DNA of 64,000 bases from Candidatus Latescibacterota bacterium (GTDB taxonomy: Bacteria; Latescibacterota; UBA2968), in assembly GCA_965207885.1 (NCBI GenBank), contig OZ242311.1, forward strand, positions 4,672,001 through 4,736,000, given 5' to 3'. The notes below the pieces were generated by a model that saw only the letters and a list, made by a program, of their open reading frames with translations, ran no database searches and was not told where the DNA came from. Positions 49,733 to 57,827 of this stretch are shown here, piece by piece; the first letter of the stretch is position 1; each line of letters opens with the position of its first letter. The position numbers were made by a program, and so were the translations under genes.

Positions 49733-50255
49733 CTGGGGTTTCCTCTTTTTCTGGGGTTTCCTTTTTCTCTAATACTTTCTTTTCGGGTAATAGGATTTCT
49801 AAAGCGTCGATGATGGCCTTCCCATCGGATAGACCGGCCTCTCGCAATACAATTTCCCGGTCTGGAGCAATGAGAATTGTGGTGGGCAGGGCGCGAACTT
49901 GCATGCGTTTCATAACCGATCCATCGGCGTCAATGGCGATTGGGAATGTGATGTTGCGTCCTCGCAAAAATGGGCGAATGCGGTTTTGACCACGTGGCCC
50001 ATCTTCGTTTACGCCGAGAACGGTGAGTCCCCTGTCGGCGTATTTGGCGTGGATTTCTTCGAGCTTGGGCATTGCTTTGATACAGGGTTTGCACCACGTG
50101 GCCCAGAAGTCGAGTAAAACAGGACCCTTTTTGAGGAGCGCGGTTAATTGTACCCGTTCGCCACTGAGACCCGGCAGGTTGAAATCAGGGGCTTCTGTTG
50201 CGCGGGCAGATGATGCAATGAGAAGGCAGAGCCATAGTGCGAGAAGTTTTTTCAT
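49719..50255 (-). CDS. TlpA-family thiol-disulfide oxidoreductase, exported
   Basis: Signal peptide; APDFNL, LDFWATWCKPC, ALPT. Confidence 0.92.
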   Translation of the reverse strand: MKKLLALWLCLLIASSARATEAPDFNLPGLSGERVQLTALLKKGPVLLDFWATWCKPCIKAMPKLEEIHAKYADRGLTVLGVNEDGPRGQNRIRPFLRGRNITFPIAIDADGSVMKRMQVRALPTTILIAPDREIVLREAGLSDGKAIIDALEILLPEKKVLEKKETPEKEETPDESK

Positions 50256-50591
50256 GGGATGACCTCTTATGAAGTGAGGAACGGTGTACAACTGGTCGCA
50301 GTTCAGACCAGTTCACTGTGAAGTAGCCGAGCGTTGTATGTTATACGTAAAGACGGTGCCTATGTTCCCGCCTGTTGGTATAAGAGCAGCCAACCAATAT
50401 AAAATATGCCGAATTTTGCGTTTGAAGTGAAGAATTATTTTGAGATGTTGCTACAAACAAATAACACCTGTTCTTAAACAAATCCGTTTGCGGAAATAGG
50501 GACGGTGAAAAAACAATGGTGTAAAGGCTGACAGTAGAGTTATTTTATTTCACATATCAGATCAGAGAATACTGCAAAACCTCAAGAGAGA

Positions 50592-51830
50592 ATGAATATG
50601 CGTTCGCTTCATGTGCAAATCTTCATCGCGTTGATCTTCGGCGCAATAAGTGGCGTGCTATTAGGTGAATCCGTTCTCCACTTTGCCTTTTTAGGGACCC
50701 TTTTCCTCAAGGGTCTTAAAGTGATCATTGTCCCCTTGATCGTCACCTCCATTGTTTCCGGGGTGGTCGGCATGGGCCAGGTCGGTCATTTTGGACGCCT
50801 GAGTGCTCAGACCTTTACCTATTACCTGAGCTCCAGCTTGTTGTCCATTATCACCGGTCTGGTATTGGTCAATGCCATAAGTCCAGGCAAGGGGGCGCAG
50901 TTGCATTTGCAAGCACCTCCTGAACAATTGGCCCATTCCATAGCTCAATTCGGCGACGGTCCCAAAGCCGCCCTTGAGCGGATGTTGTTGGATATGGTGC
51001 CGGATAATGTATTCAAGGCCATGGCTGAAGGTCAGATTTTGCCCTTGATCGTCTTTTGCTTTCTTCTCGGATTTGCCATCATCCGCTTGCCCGATCCGCA
51101 CCAGAAGCGTCTGTGTGGGTTTTTCCAATCGGCCTTTGAGGCTATGATGCAATTGACCCATTTTATTATTCGTCTGGCACCCATCGGCATTTTTGCCCTG
51201 GTCGCCAAAGTTGTTGGTACTACCGGTCTGTCGGTTTTCATCGATTTGGGGTTGTACGCCCTCACTGTCTTTGCTGGTCTGGTCGTCCACGCGGCGATTA
51301 TCTTGCCGCTCGTGCTCTATTTTGTGGGTGGCATATCGCCTCTGGCTCTCCTGCGCGCCATGAGTCCGGCTCTTCTCACTGCTTTTTCTACCAGTTCTTC
51401 TTCGGCGACCTTGCCCATTACCATTGAATCGCTGGCACAACGCGCTGGCGTTTCCAACCGCACCACCAGTTTTGTCGCGCCGCTGGGTGCCACCATCAAT
51501 ATGGATGGTACAGCCCTGTTCGAATGCGTCGCCGCCTTATTTATTGCTCAAGCCTATGGGGTTGAGTTAGGATTTATCCAGCAATTCCTGGTCGTCCTTA
51601 CCGCTTTGTTGGCCTCCATCGGCGCGGCTGGTATTCCTATGACGGGCCTGGTGATGCTTTCTATTGTTCTATCCTCTGTGGGGCTGCCCCTGGAGGGGAT
51701 CGGTCTGATTCTGGCTGTGGATCGCATCCTGGATATGTGTCGCACCACTGTCAATGTTTGGAGTGATTCGTGTGGCACAGCCCTGATAGCCCGCCGCCAG
51801 GGCGAAAAAATAGACGTTACTAAACGCTGA
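50592..51830 (+). CDS. Dicarboxylate/amino acid:cation symporter (DAACS, GltP-like)
   Basis: FSTSSSSATLP, PLGATINMDGT, SIGAAG, AVDRILDMCRT. Confidence 0.94.
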   Translation: MNMRSLHVQIFIALIFGAISGVLLGESVLHFAFLGTLFLKGLKVIIVPLIVTSIVSGVVGMGQVGHFGRLSAQTFTYYLSSSLLSIITGLVLVNAISPGKGAQLHLQAPPEQLAHSIAQFGDGPKAALERMLLDMVPDNVFKAMAEGQILPLIVFCFLLGFAIIRLPDPHQKRLCGFFQSAFEAMMQLTHFIIRLAPIGIFALVAKVVGTTGLSVFIDLGLYALTVFAGLVVHAAIILPLVLYFVGGISPLALLRAMSPALLTAFSTSSSSATLPITIESLAQRAGVSNRTTSFVAPLGATINMDGTALFECVAALFIAQAYGVELGFIQQFLVVLTALLASIGAAGIPMTGLVMLSIVLSSVGLPLEGIGLILAVDRILDMCRTTVNVWSDSCGTALIARRQGEKIDVTKR

Positions 51831-51852
51831 CACTTACTTTTGGAGGTTTGTT

Positions 51853-52902
51853 ATGGTTTCGATAGGTATTATTGGGTTGGGATTTATGGGTATGACACAT
51901 TACCGAGGGATTCAGAATGTGCGCGGGGGCAAAGTGGCTGCAATATGCACGCGCAGTCCCAAAAAGCGAGCGGGAGATTGGCGAGGGTTGGGAGGCAATT
52001 TTGGAGAGCCGGGGGGGGTAGAAGATCTTTCGGGTATTCGCACGTATGAGAAGATTGATGATTTGCTATCGGACGCTTCAATTGATCTGGTCGATATTTG
52101 TTTGCCGACGTCGCAACACTGCGAGGTTGCGATTGCTGCGATGCGCGCGGGCAAGCATGTGCTGGTCGAAAAGCCTATTGCGCTGAGTCTGGAGGACGCC
52201 GACCGCATGGTGCGGGTTTCCGAAGAGACGGGAAGGTTGATGATGGTGGCACAGGTTTTGCCCTTTTTCCCGGAGTTTGCCTATCTCAAGCAGGTGGTCG
52301 ATGGTGGGGAATACGGCAATGTGCTCGGCGCGCATTTTAAGCGCGTTATTTCGCAGCCCAATTGGACGACTGCCTTCGGCAATATGGAAAAGAGCGGGGG
52401 ACCGGGCGTCGATTTGCATATTCACGATACGCATTATATCCTGGTGTTGCTCGGTCGGCCAGATCGGGTGGTGTCTTCGGGCAGGCTGGTGCGAGATCGG
52501 TATGTGGAATATATTTCGACGAGTTATCAATACGATAGCCAGCCGGATTTGTGCGTGACGTGTGCTTCGGGTGCTATTTCTCAGCAGGGGAGGGCGTTTA
52601 CACACGGGTTTGAGGTTTATATGGAGCGCGCTACGGTGCTTTTCGAGTTTTCGACTCTGGGGGGCAAGCCGGTTGTGACGATGCCCGTGACCTTGTTGAC
52701 GGATGACGGTGAGGTGCGAGAACCGGATTTGGGCGATGCCGATCCCGTGGTGGCATTTACCAACGAGATTCAAGCTGCAGTAGATGCTGCGGAAAGCGGG
52801 GAGGTTGCCAGAGAAATTTCTGGAGAGAGTGCTGCTGATGCACTGCGTCTGTGTTTTGTGGAGGTTGAGTCGGTAAGGCGTAGGCAGGCAGTGGCGGTGT
52901 GA
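51853..52902 (+). CDS. Gfo/Idh/MocA-family oxidoreductase
   Basis: IGIIGLGFMG, DICLPT, GKHVLVEKP, DLHIHD. Confidence 0.92.
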   Translation: MVSIGIIGLGFMGMTHYRGIQNVRGGKVAAICTRSPKKRAGDWRGLGGNFGEPGGVEDLSGIRTYEKIDDLLSDASIDLVDICLPTSQHCEVAIAAMRAGKHVLVEKPIALSLEDADRMVRVSEETGRLMMVAQVLPFFPEFAYLKQVVDGGEYGNVLGAHFKRVISQPNWTTAFGNMEKSGGPGVDLHIHDTHYILVLLGRPDRVVSSGRLVRDRYVEYISTSYQYDSQPDLCVTCASGAISQQGRAFTHGFEVYMERATVLFEFSTLGGKPVVTMPVTLLTDDGEVREPDLGDADPVVAFTNEIQAAVDAAESGEVAREISGESAADALRLCFVEVESVRRRQAVAV

Positions 52903-52984
52903 AGAGTTTGATGATAAGTAGGTATTCATTTTTTGGTATATTTGAGCGAAGAATAATGGCCCCAAAGCGGACTCGATACCATGC

Positions 52985-53017
52985 CGTCATTGCGGCATGA
53001 TTTAAGCCGCAATCCAG
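52985..53017 (+). repeat. REP-like palindromic repeat, copy 3
   Basis: CGTCATTGCGGCATGATTTAAGCCGCAATCCAG at the left edge of defence island 2. Confidence 0.78.
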
Positions 53018-53082
53018 TTTGTTTTTTTGACCATTATTATAAGCTACCACTACATCCATAATTGAGAATCGGAGGCACGAAA

Positions 53083-54243
53083 ATGCAGTACAGAGGACGT
53101 TGGGAGAAAATTGAAGACATTGGCGAAGGTGGACAAGGTAAGGTTATCCGTGTCTTAGACAAGCAAAAGGTCCAATTAGATCTTCATGCCTTCACTGAGG
53201 CAATTCAACGCTCTCAGCAGCCGGTGAATCGCGATATAATGGAGGACTGGAAGAAGATACGAAAAGGTATTACCGAAATTGTGCGTGCGGAAAATCCTGT
53301 GAACCACGGCGCGCTCAAAATTCTTCACTCGCCGAATGAAGCTCGGAATTTTGAGGATGCGGAGGAGCGTCTAAAACGCGAGTTAAAGGCTATGCAGCAA
53401 GCCGACCACCAGAATCTGCTAAAGGTTGTGGATTATAACCTTGAGGAGAAGTGGTTCGTCTCGAAATACTATCCAAATGGAACCTTGAAAGACAGATCTA
53501 ATTGGTTCACCGGACAAGTAGAACGCGCTCTAACTGCAATTCGGCCAGTCGTTGCGGGGGTTGCCAGATTGCATAGAAAGGGATTTGTCCATCGTGACAT
53601 CAAGCCAGAGAACATTTTCATAGATGAGCGGGAACAATTGGTACTTGGCGATTTTGGCCTCGTGTTCTTTGAGGATCCAGGACATACGAGAATCAGTGGC
53701 ACCTTCGAAAATGTGGGTAGTACCGACTGGATGCCATTATGGGCTACACGTATGCGTATAGAAAATATAAACCCCAGTTTTGATGTCTTTTCATTGGGTA
53801 AGACCATCTGGTCAATGGTATCGCGCGACCCGATTCTTCTCTTGTGGTATCACCGCAACCCGGAGTTTAATCTTGAGAAAATGTTCCCCGATAGGTCAGA
53901 AATGGCGCTTCTCAATGATTTGCTCGATAAATGCGTTGTCCAATACGAAGAGAACTGCCTCGAAAACACGGGTTTACTACTTAACGAGATTGATAGTCTT
54001 CTCGGTGCCCTGAGACTTGACGCAGATATAATGAGCGATTCTGAACGCCCATGCAGAGTGTGTGGTTTCGGGAAGTATCAACTGAGAGCGAACAGAAACC
54101 ATACTGACATCTACAATTTTGGGTTTGAGCCAAGAGGAGGACATGCGTTCAAGATATTTGCCTGTGATAACTGTGGACACGTTCAACTCTTCTCCTGTCA
54201 ACACGATAGTGATCCTCCGGGATGGATAGGGAGTTCCAATTAG
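53083..54243 (+). CDS. Soluble Hanks-type Ser/Thr protein kinase with C-terminal zinc ribbon
   Basis: IGEGGQG, ALK, HRDIKPEN, GDFG, DVFSLG; C-terminal CRVC...CDNC; RBS GGAGG. Confidence 0.9.
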   Translation: MQYRGRWEKIEDIGEGGQGKVIRVLDKQKVQLDLHAFTEAIQRSQQPVNRDIMEDWKKIRKGITEIVRAENPVNHGALKILHSPNEARNFEDAEERLKRELKAMQQADHQNLLKVVDYNLEEKWFVSKYYPNGTLKDRSNWFTGQVERALTAIRPVVAGVARLHRKGFVHRDIKPENIFIDEREQLVLGDFGLVFFEDPGHTRISGTFENVGSTDWMPLWATRMRIENINPSFDVFSLGKTIWSMVSRDPILLLWYHRNPEFNLEKMFPDRSEMALLNDLLDKCVVQYEENCLENTGLLLNEIDSLLGALRLDADIMSDSERPCRVCGFGKYQLRANRNHTDIYNFGFEPRGGHAFKIFACDNCGHVQLFSCQHDSDPPGWIGSSN

Positions 54244-54456
54244 TGTTCTACCTGCAGTTTTGGACTCAGTACTTAGCTGTCGAGCATCTCTGGGTAGCGA
54301 TATGATGGGATTGACTATATTATTTAAAAATGTTAGATTTTTGATTCCCAAGTATGCCAATAGCAGAGGCCACGGACATGTCGGACTGACTGTGTGGTAC
54401 TCTGGTACAATAGAATGTGAACAACTTGGGAAGCAATGATAGGAGCAAAGAGGGCA

Positions 54457-54963
54457 ATGACAAGACAACGGGTCTTTTTTAGTTTTCACTATGCACACGA
54501 CAATTGGCGGGCTGCCCAAATTAGAAATGCTGGTGTCGTCGAGGGCAATAAACTCGTCAGCGATAACCAGTGGGAAAGCTATGCCGACACCGCCTCAATC
54601 AAGAAATGGGTAGATAGTCAGCTTACCGAAGCATCCTGTACAATCGTTCTGATTGGAAGTCATACTGCCGAAAGTGACTGGATCCATTATGAAATAATAA
54701 AATCATGGGATGAGGGCAAAGGACTGCTTGGCATCTATGTTCATAATCTTAAGGATCAATACGGGAAACAATCCCTAAAAGGAAAAAACCCTTTTGATAA
54801 CATTAATATCAATGGTCAGATATTGTCAAACGTGGTAAAATCGTACAATCCGCCACATGGCGATAGCAAGGACGCTTACCATTATGTCAAGAGCAAAATC
54901 GCTGGGTGGATAGAGGATGCAATACGCATCCGCAAAAATGTCCAAGGAACAAAAAATGTCTAA
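54457..54963 (+). CDS. TIR-domain protein (MTH538/DUF1863, ThsB-like)
   Basis: RVFFSFHY..DNWRA.QIRN, CTIVLIG..T, WIHYEI (catalytic Glu position), KGLLGIYVHNLKD, GKNPF. Confidence 0.9.
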   Translation: MTRQRVFFSFHYAHDNWRAAQIRNAGVVEGNKLVSDNQWESYADTASIKKWVDSQLTEASCTIVLIGSHTAESDWIHYEIIKSWDEGKGLLGIYVHNLKDQYGKQSLKGKNPFDNININGQILSNVVKSYNPPHGDSKDAYHYVKSKIAGWIEDAIRIRKNVQGTKNV

Positions 54964-55417
54964 TCACTCGAAGTTCGATGGGAATTCCCCCGCTGTCCAA
55001 ACTCATCTGTCCACCCTTCAAGGGACCATCGGGCGAATGGCTACGAATAGTGCCGCTATTAAAACATCGTGTTTGGTATCTGTCGTAGCGGCTATAGCTA
55101 GTCTCGCCATCAGTAATAAGCCCTCTTTGATACTGATTGCCATTATTCCAACAGTCCTTTTCCTATTTCTTGACATCAAATACTTGGCACTGGAACGAGG
55201 TTTTCGGCATTCTTACAACGACTTTGTGGACAAGCTTCATAAACATGGCAAAGTCGAGTTATTAGATCTCTACAAAGTAGTTCCTCGCCGTAGCTGTAAA
55301 GAACTTTTAGCAAGCCTATTTTCTTTTTCAATTTGGCCCTTCTATGGCGCTCTGTTGGTGCTAATCTTTATCATATGGGTATGGGTAACCCCAATCTCTT
55401 GCTTATCACTAAGATGA
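54956..55417 (+). CDS. Small multi-TM membrane protein, putative effector
   Basis: HLSTLQGTIGRMATNS..K, about 3 hydrophobic segments, LD..YLALERGFR..Y, SIWPFY; overlaps the TIR stop by 8 nt. Confidence 0.75.
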   Translation: MSNHSKFDGNSPAVQTHLSTLQGTIGRMATNSAAIKTSCLVSVVAAIASLAISNKPSLILIAIIPTVLFLFLDIKYLALERGFRHSYNDFVDKLHKHGKVELLDLYKVVPRRSCKELLASLFSFSIWPFYGALLVLIFIIWVWVTPISCLSLR

Positions 55418-55509
55418 GGACATTCTTATTTTAGGTGCTGTACTTTCTTACCTCTCTCGTGTGCTAAAGATTTACCTCCGTGTTCCTATTCCATTTCCTC
55501 TTTCCCATG

Positions 55510-55560
55510 TCCCAATAGTTGCTCCTCGAACCATCGCTTAGTTTTCTGTAGCCCGTTTCA
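55510..55560 (-). repeat. Degenerate copy of the 3' end of the specificity-subunit gene
   Basis: Encodes NGLQKTKRWFEEQLLG, versus S C-terminus SGWQDAKQWFEKQLLG at about 56430-56480. Confidence 0.75.
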
Positions 55561-55572
55561 GTTTATGACAAT

Positions 55573-56418
55573 TCATTGCTGAGCTTCCCACTTTTCCAAA
55601 TATTCATCTAAATGTTTTTCCAAATCCAAACATGCAGTGGGATAATTATCAGTTATACGCTGAGTAGGCCGGCGATTGTGGGCAACGCAATTTCTCATCT
55701 GCTCAATGGGATCCATAAGATTTTTGAGACTGGCAAGAAACTCAGCATCTTCTTCATGCTCAACAGGAACCCGGAGTATTTCGGCACGGAAGGCGTCGTA
55801 TTCTTCTGTATTGTGGATTAACTCCAGTATGTCCGTGGCCGTCAGTTTGGACTTTGGACGCTGGTTCAGATTTATATATTGTTTAAAATTCAAGTGAAAA
55901 AACTGGTTCTCAGTTGCGATTTTCATCTGATCCTGCGTTTGTCTCCCTATAGTTTTGACTGTCTCCTCTCGAAGTAAGTTAAAGGGATCCTTGCCCTGGT
56001 AGGCATTCAGATAGATAATTGATAGGACGCGGCGCAACTTCATCTCCAACGCGAAAATCTCTTTGGCGTAAACAGCGAGTTCGCTTCGAAGCAATGGGTC
56101 CTCGAATTTCACGACGTGGAAGATAGGTGGGGTATCAGGAAGGGATGTGGCGAATTCATCAACGACCTCTCTGATAGACTCTATTTCGTCGGACAGTTCA
56201 AGAGCGAAGCCAATCAGATGATGGTGGGGCGTTATACCACCATCATCTGTAATCTCGCCACCGGAACGCTCGTAGCGAAATTCGATCATGTCGGCTATGG
56301 CGTCTTCATCAAATAAGTTAGAATTATTATACAACGCTTCGCTAAGCAAATTCGTAAGTATTTGTTGGATGTTCGTATCCAGTGCAGGATGGCAGGCGAT
56401 AAGGAATTCAAAGGTCAT
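55573..56418 (-). CDS. HEPN-domain protein (putative RNase)
   Basis: LEMKLRR helix and RNCVAH (Rx4H) motif; ATGA coupling to the S-subunit stop. Confidence 0.75.
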   Translation of the reverse strand: MTFEFLIACHPALDTNIQQILTNLLSEALYNNSNLFDEDAIADMIEFRYERSGGEITDDGGITPHHHLIGFALELSDEIESIREVVDEFATSLPDTPPIFHVVKFEDPLLRSELAVYAKEIFALEMKLRRVLSIIYLNAYQGKDPFNLLREETVKTIGRQTQDQMKIATENQFFHLNFKQYINLNQRPKSKLTATDILELIHNTEEYDAFRAEILRVPVEHEEDAEFLASLKNLMDPIEQMRNCVAHNRRPTQRITDNYPTACLDLEKHLDEYLEKWEAQQ

Positions 56419-57827
56419 GGTGAAGGAGAGCCTAAGAGTTGCTTCTCGAACCATTGCTTAGCGTCCTGCCAGCCGGATTCGGCTTCGGAACGAAGGCGAC
56501 GGGATTCTTCGCGGCGGTGGCTAACTTCGGCGGTGATCATTGACTGAGTGGAAGCATCCATTTTGGGGAAAGGAATTTTTAAAAGATCATCGCCATCTAA
56601 TCGGAACCGACTGGGTGTTGCGCCTCTACTTAACTGATACATGATTTTACGGTATAGGTCTGTTCGTAGTAACCATAGAATTGCTTCTGGCTGATGCCTT
56701 TGATTGCATCGCAAAACTAAAAACTCCGCTGAGGCAATCATTCTTCTTTCTTGTTTTGGGCAAAGAACAAATTTTGCATTAAGAATGGTAGGACCAAGTC
56801 TCGCAATAAGAATATCATTTTCCTGAACCTCAAAGAACGTCCCAGTAATATTCTTGCCCTTCTCGGTCCTAACAGTTTCGACTTGCCAGGGTTGGTTTGG
56901 TAGATCATCTATTCGTATCAAGTCAAATTGTTCTTCTGGTGAGTCCTTAGCGGGAGAGTATTTCTTTTTTACTAGAGATCCCACTATGCCGACAGTATCT
57001 TCAAATGGAAGACACTTCTCAAGTTGTAGTCCGCGATAACGCTCCGCGTTCATTACATTGGTCAGGTCTTTTGCATGAATTGCAAAGATATTTTTGGGTT
57101 GGGATGGTGGCCTAATGCCAAGGGTTTCCATAACGAAGTCGTCTAGACCTGACAGCAGCGAGTTAGCTTTTTCCAGCTTACCCTTTCGTTCAACTCGTGC
57201 CTCATCCATTACTGCGGCTAGTTCCATTTGGCGAGTTTCTGAAAATTTCGGAAATGGAAGAGTCTCAAGAAAATTAGCTGGAACTCGTTGTTGACCCGCT
57301 GAACCTGTAAAGGCATAAGTCGCAATGCGGCGCAACGTGTCTTGACTAATAAACTCAAAGACGAATTTTGGCAATATACCGGGGGCACGCACTCTAAGAA
57401 CATGGAACTCGGTCGAGCCGAAACCCACACCGTTTGGTAATCCATCTACTATGCACGATTTGCCATTTTGCATACATGGCGTAATCTTTGCCCACAGTAT
57501 ATCCCCATTGATGAAAGGAGAATATCCTTTTCGTACCTCTTTGAGTGGTCTGTTCGCAATCGTATATTGCCCTATGGTGTTGTCTGAAACCGCTTGCATT
57601 GGAATAAAACCAACAAGATCATCAGCGTCCAACCCAGAGACATCTGCTGATGGATTAACATCAACATACATCGATAGCGGATTAATAGCTGTTGGATTAC
57701 TGCCAAGCCTATTCAGAAAGAGTCGAATTTCTGGCGCATAACGTGAGGGACTAAATGAAAGTCCATCCACTTCGCCCCGCTTCACTGCAAAACATTGAGC
57801 CTTGCCAAGTTGGGCGGGGCTTATACG
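56415..57827 (-). CDS. Restriction-modification specificity (HsdS-like, two-TRD) subunit; start unclear, possibly reached by -1 frameshift
   Basis: TRD1 GDILWAKITPCMQNGK/GSTEFHVLR/GSAGQQRVP; TRD2 NDILIARL/SAEFLVLR; no convincing RBS plus ATG near the RM stop. Confidence 0.85.
   Translation of the reverse strand, partial: RISPAQLGKAQCFAVKRGEVDGLSFSPSRYAPEIRLFLNRLGSNPTAINPLSMYVDVNPSADVSGLDADDLVGFIPMQAVSDNTIGQYTIANRPLKEVRKGYSPFINGDILWAKITPCMQNGKSCIVDGLPNGVGFGSTEFHVLRVRAPGILPKFVFEFISQDTLRRIATYAFTGSAGQQRVPANFLETLPFPKFSETRQMELAAVMDEARVERKGKLEKANSLLSGLDDFVMETLGIRPPSQPKNIFAIHAKDLTNVMNAERYRGLQLEKCLPFEDTVGIVGSLVKKKYSPAKDSPEEQFDLIRIDDLPNQPWQVETVRTEKGKNITGTFFEVQENDILIARLGPTILNAKFVLCPKQERRMIASAEFLVLRCNQRHQPEAILWLLRTDLYRKIMYQLSRGATPSRFRLDGDDLLKIPFPKMDASTQSMITAEVSHRREESRRLRSEAESGWQDAKQWFEKQLLGSPSP

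Noticed and set aside
52078-52965. Long antisense ORFs (also 4868-5605, 39902-40714, 50691-51440)
   Set aside because: Shadows of well-supported genes on the opposite strand
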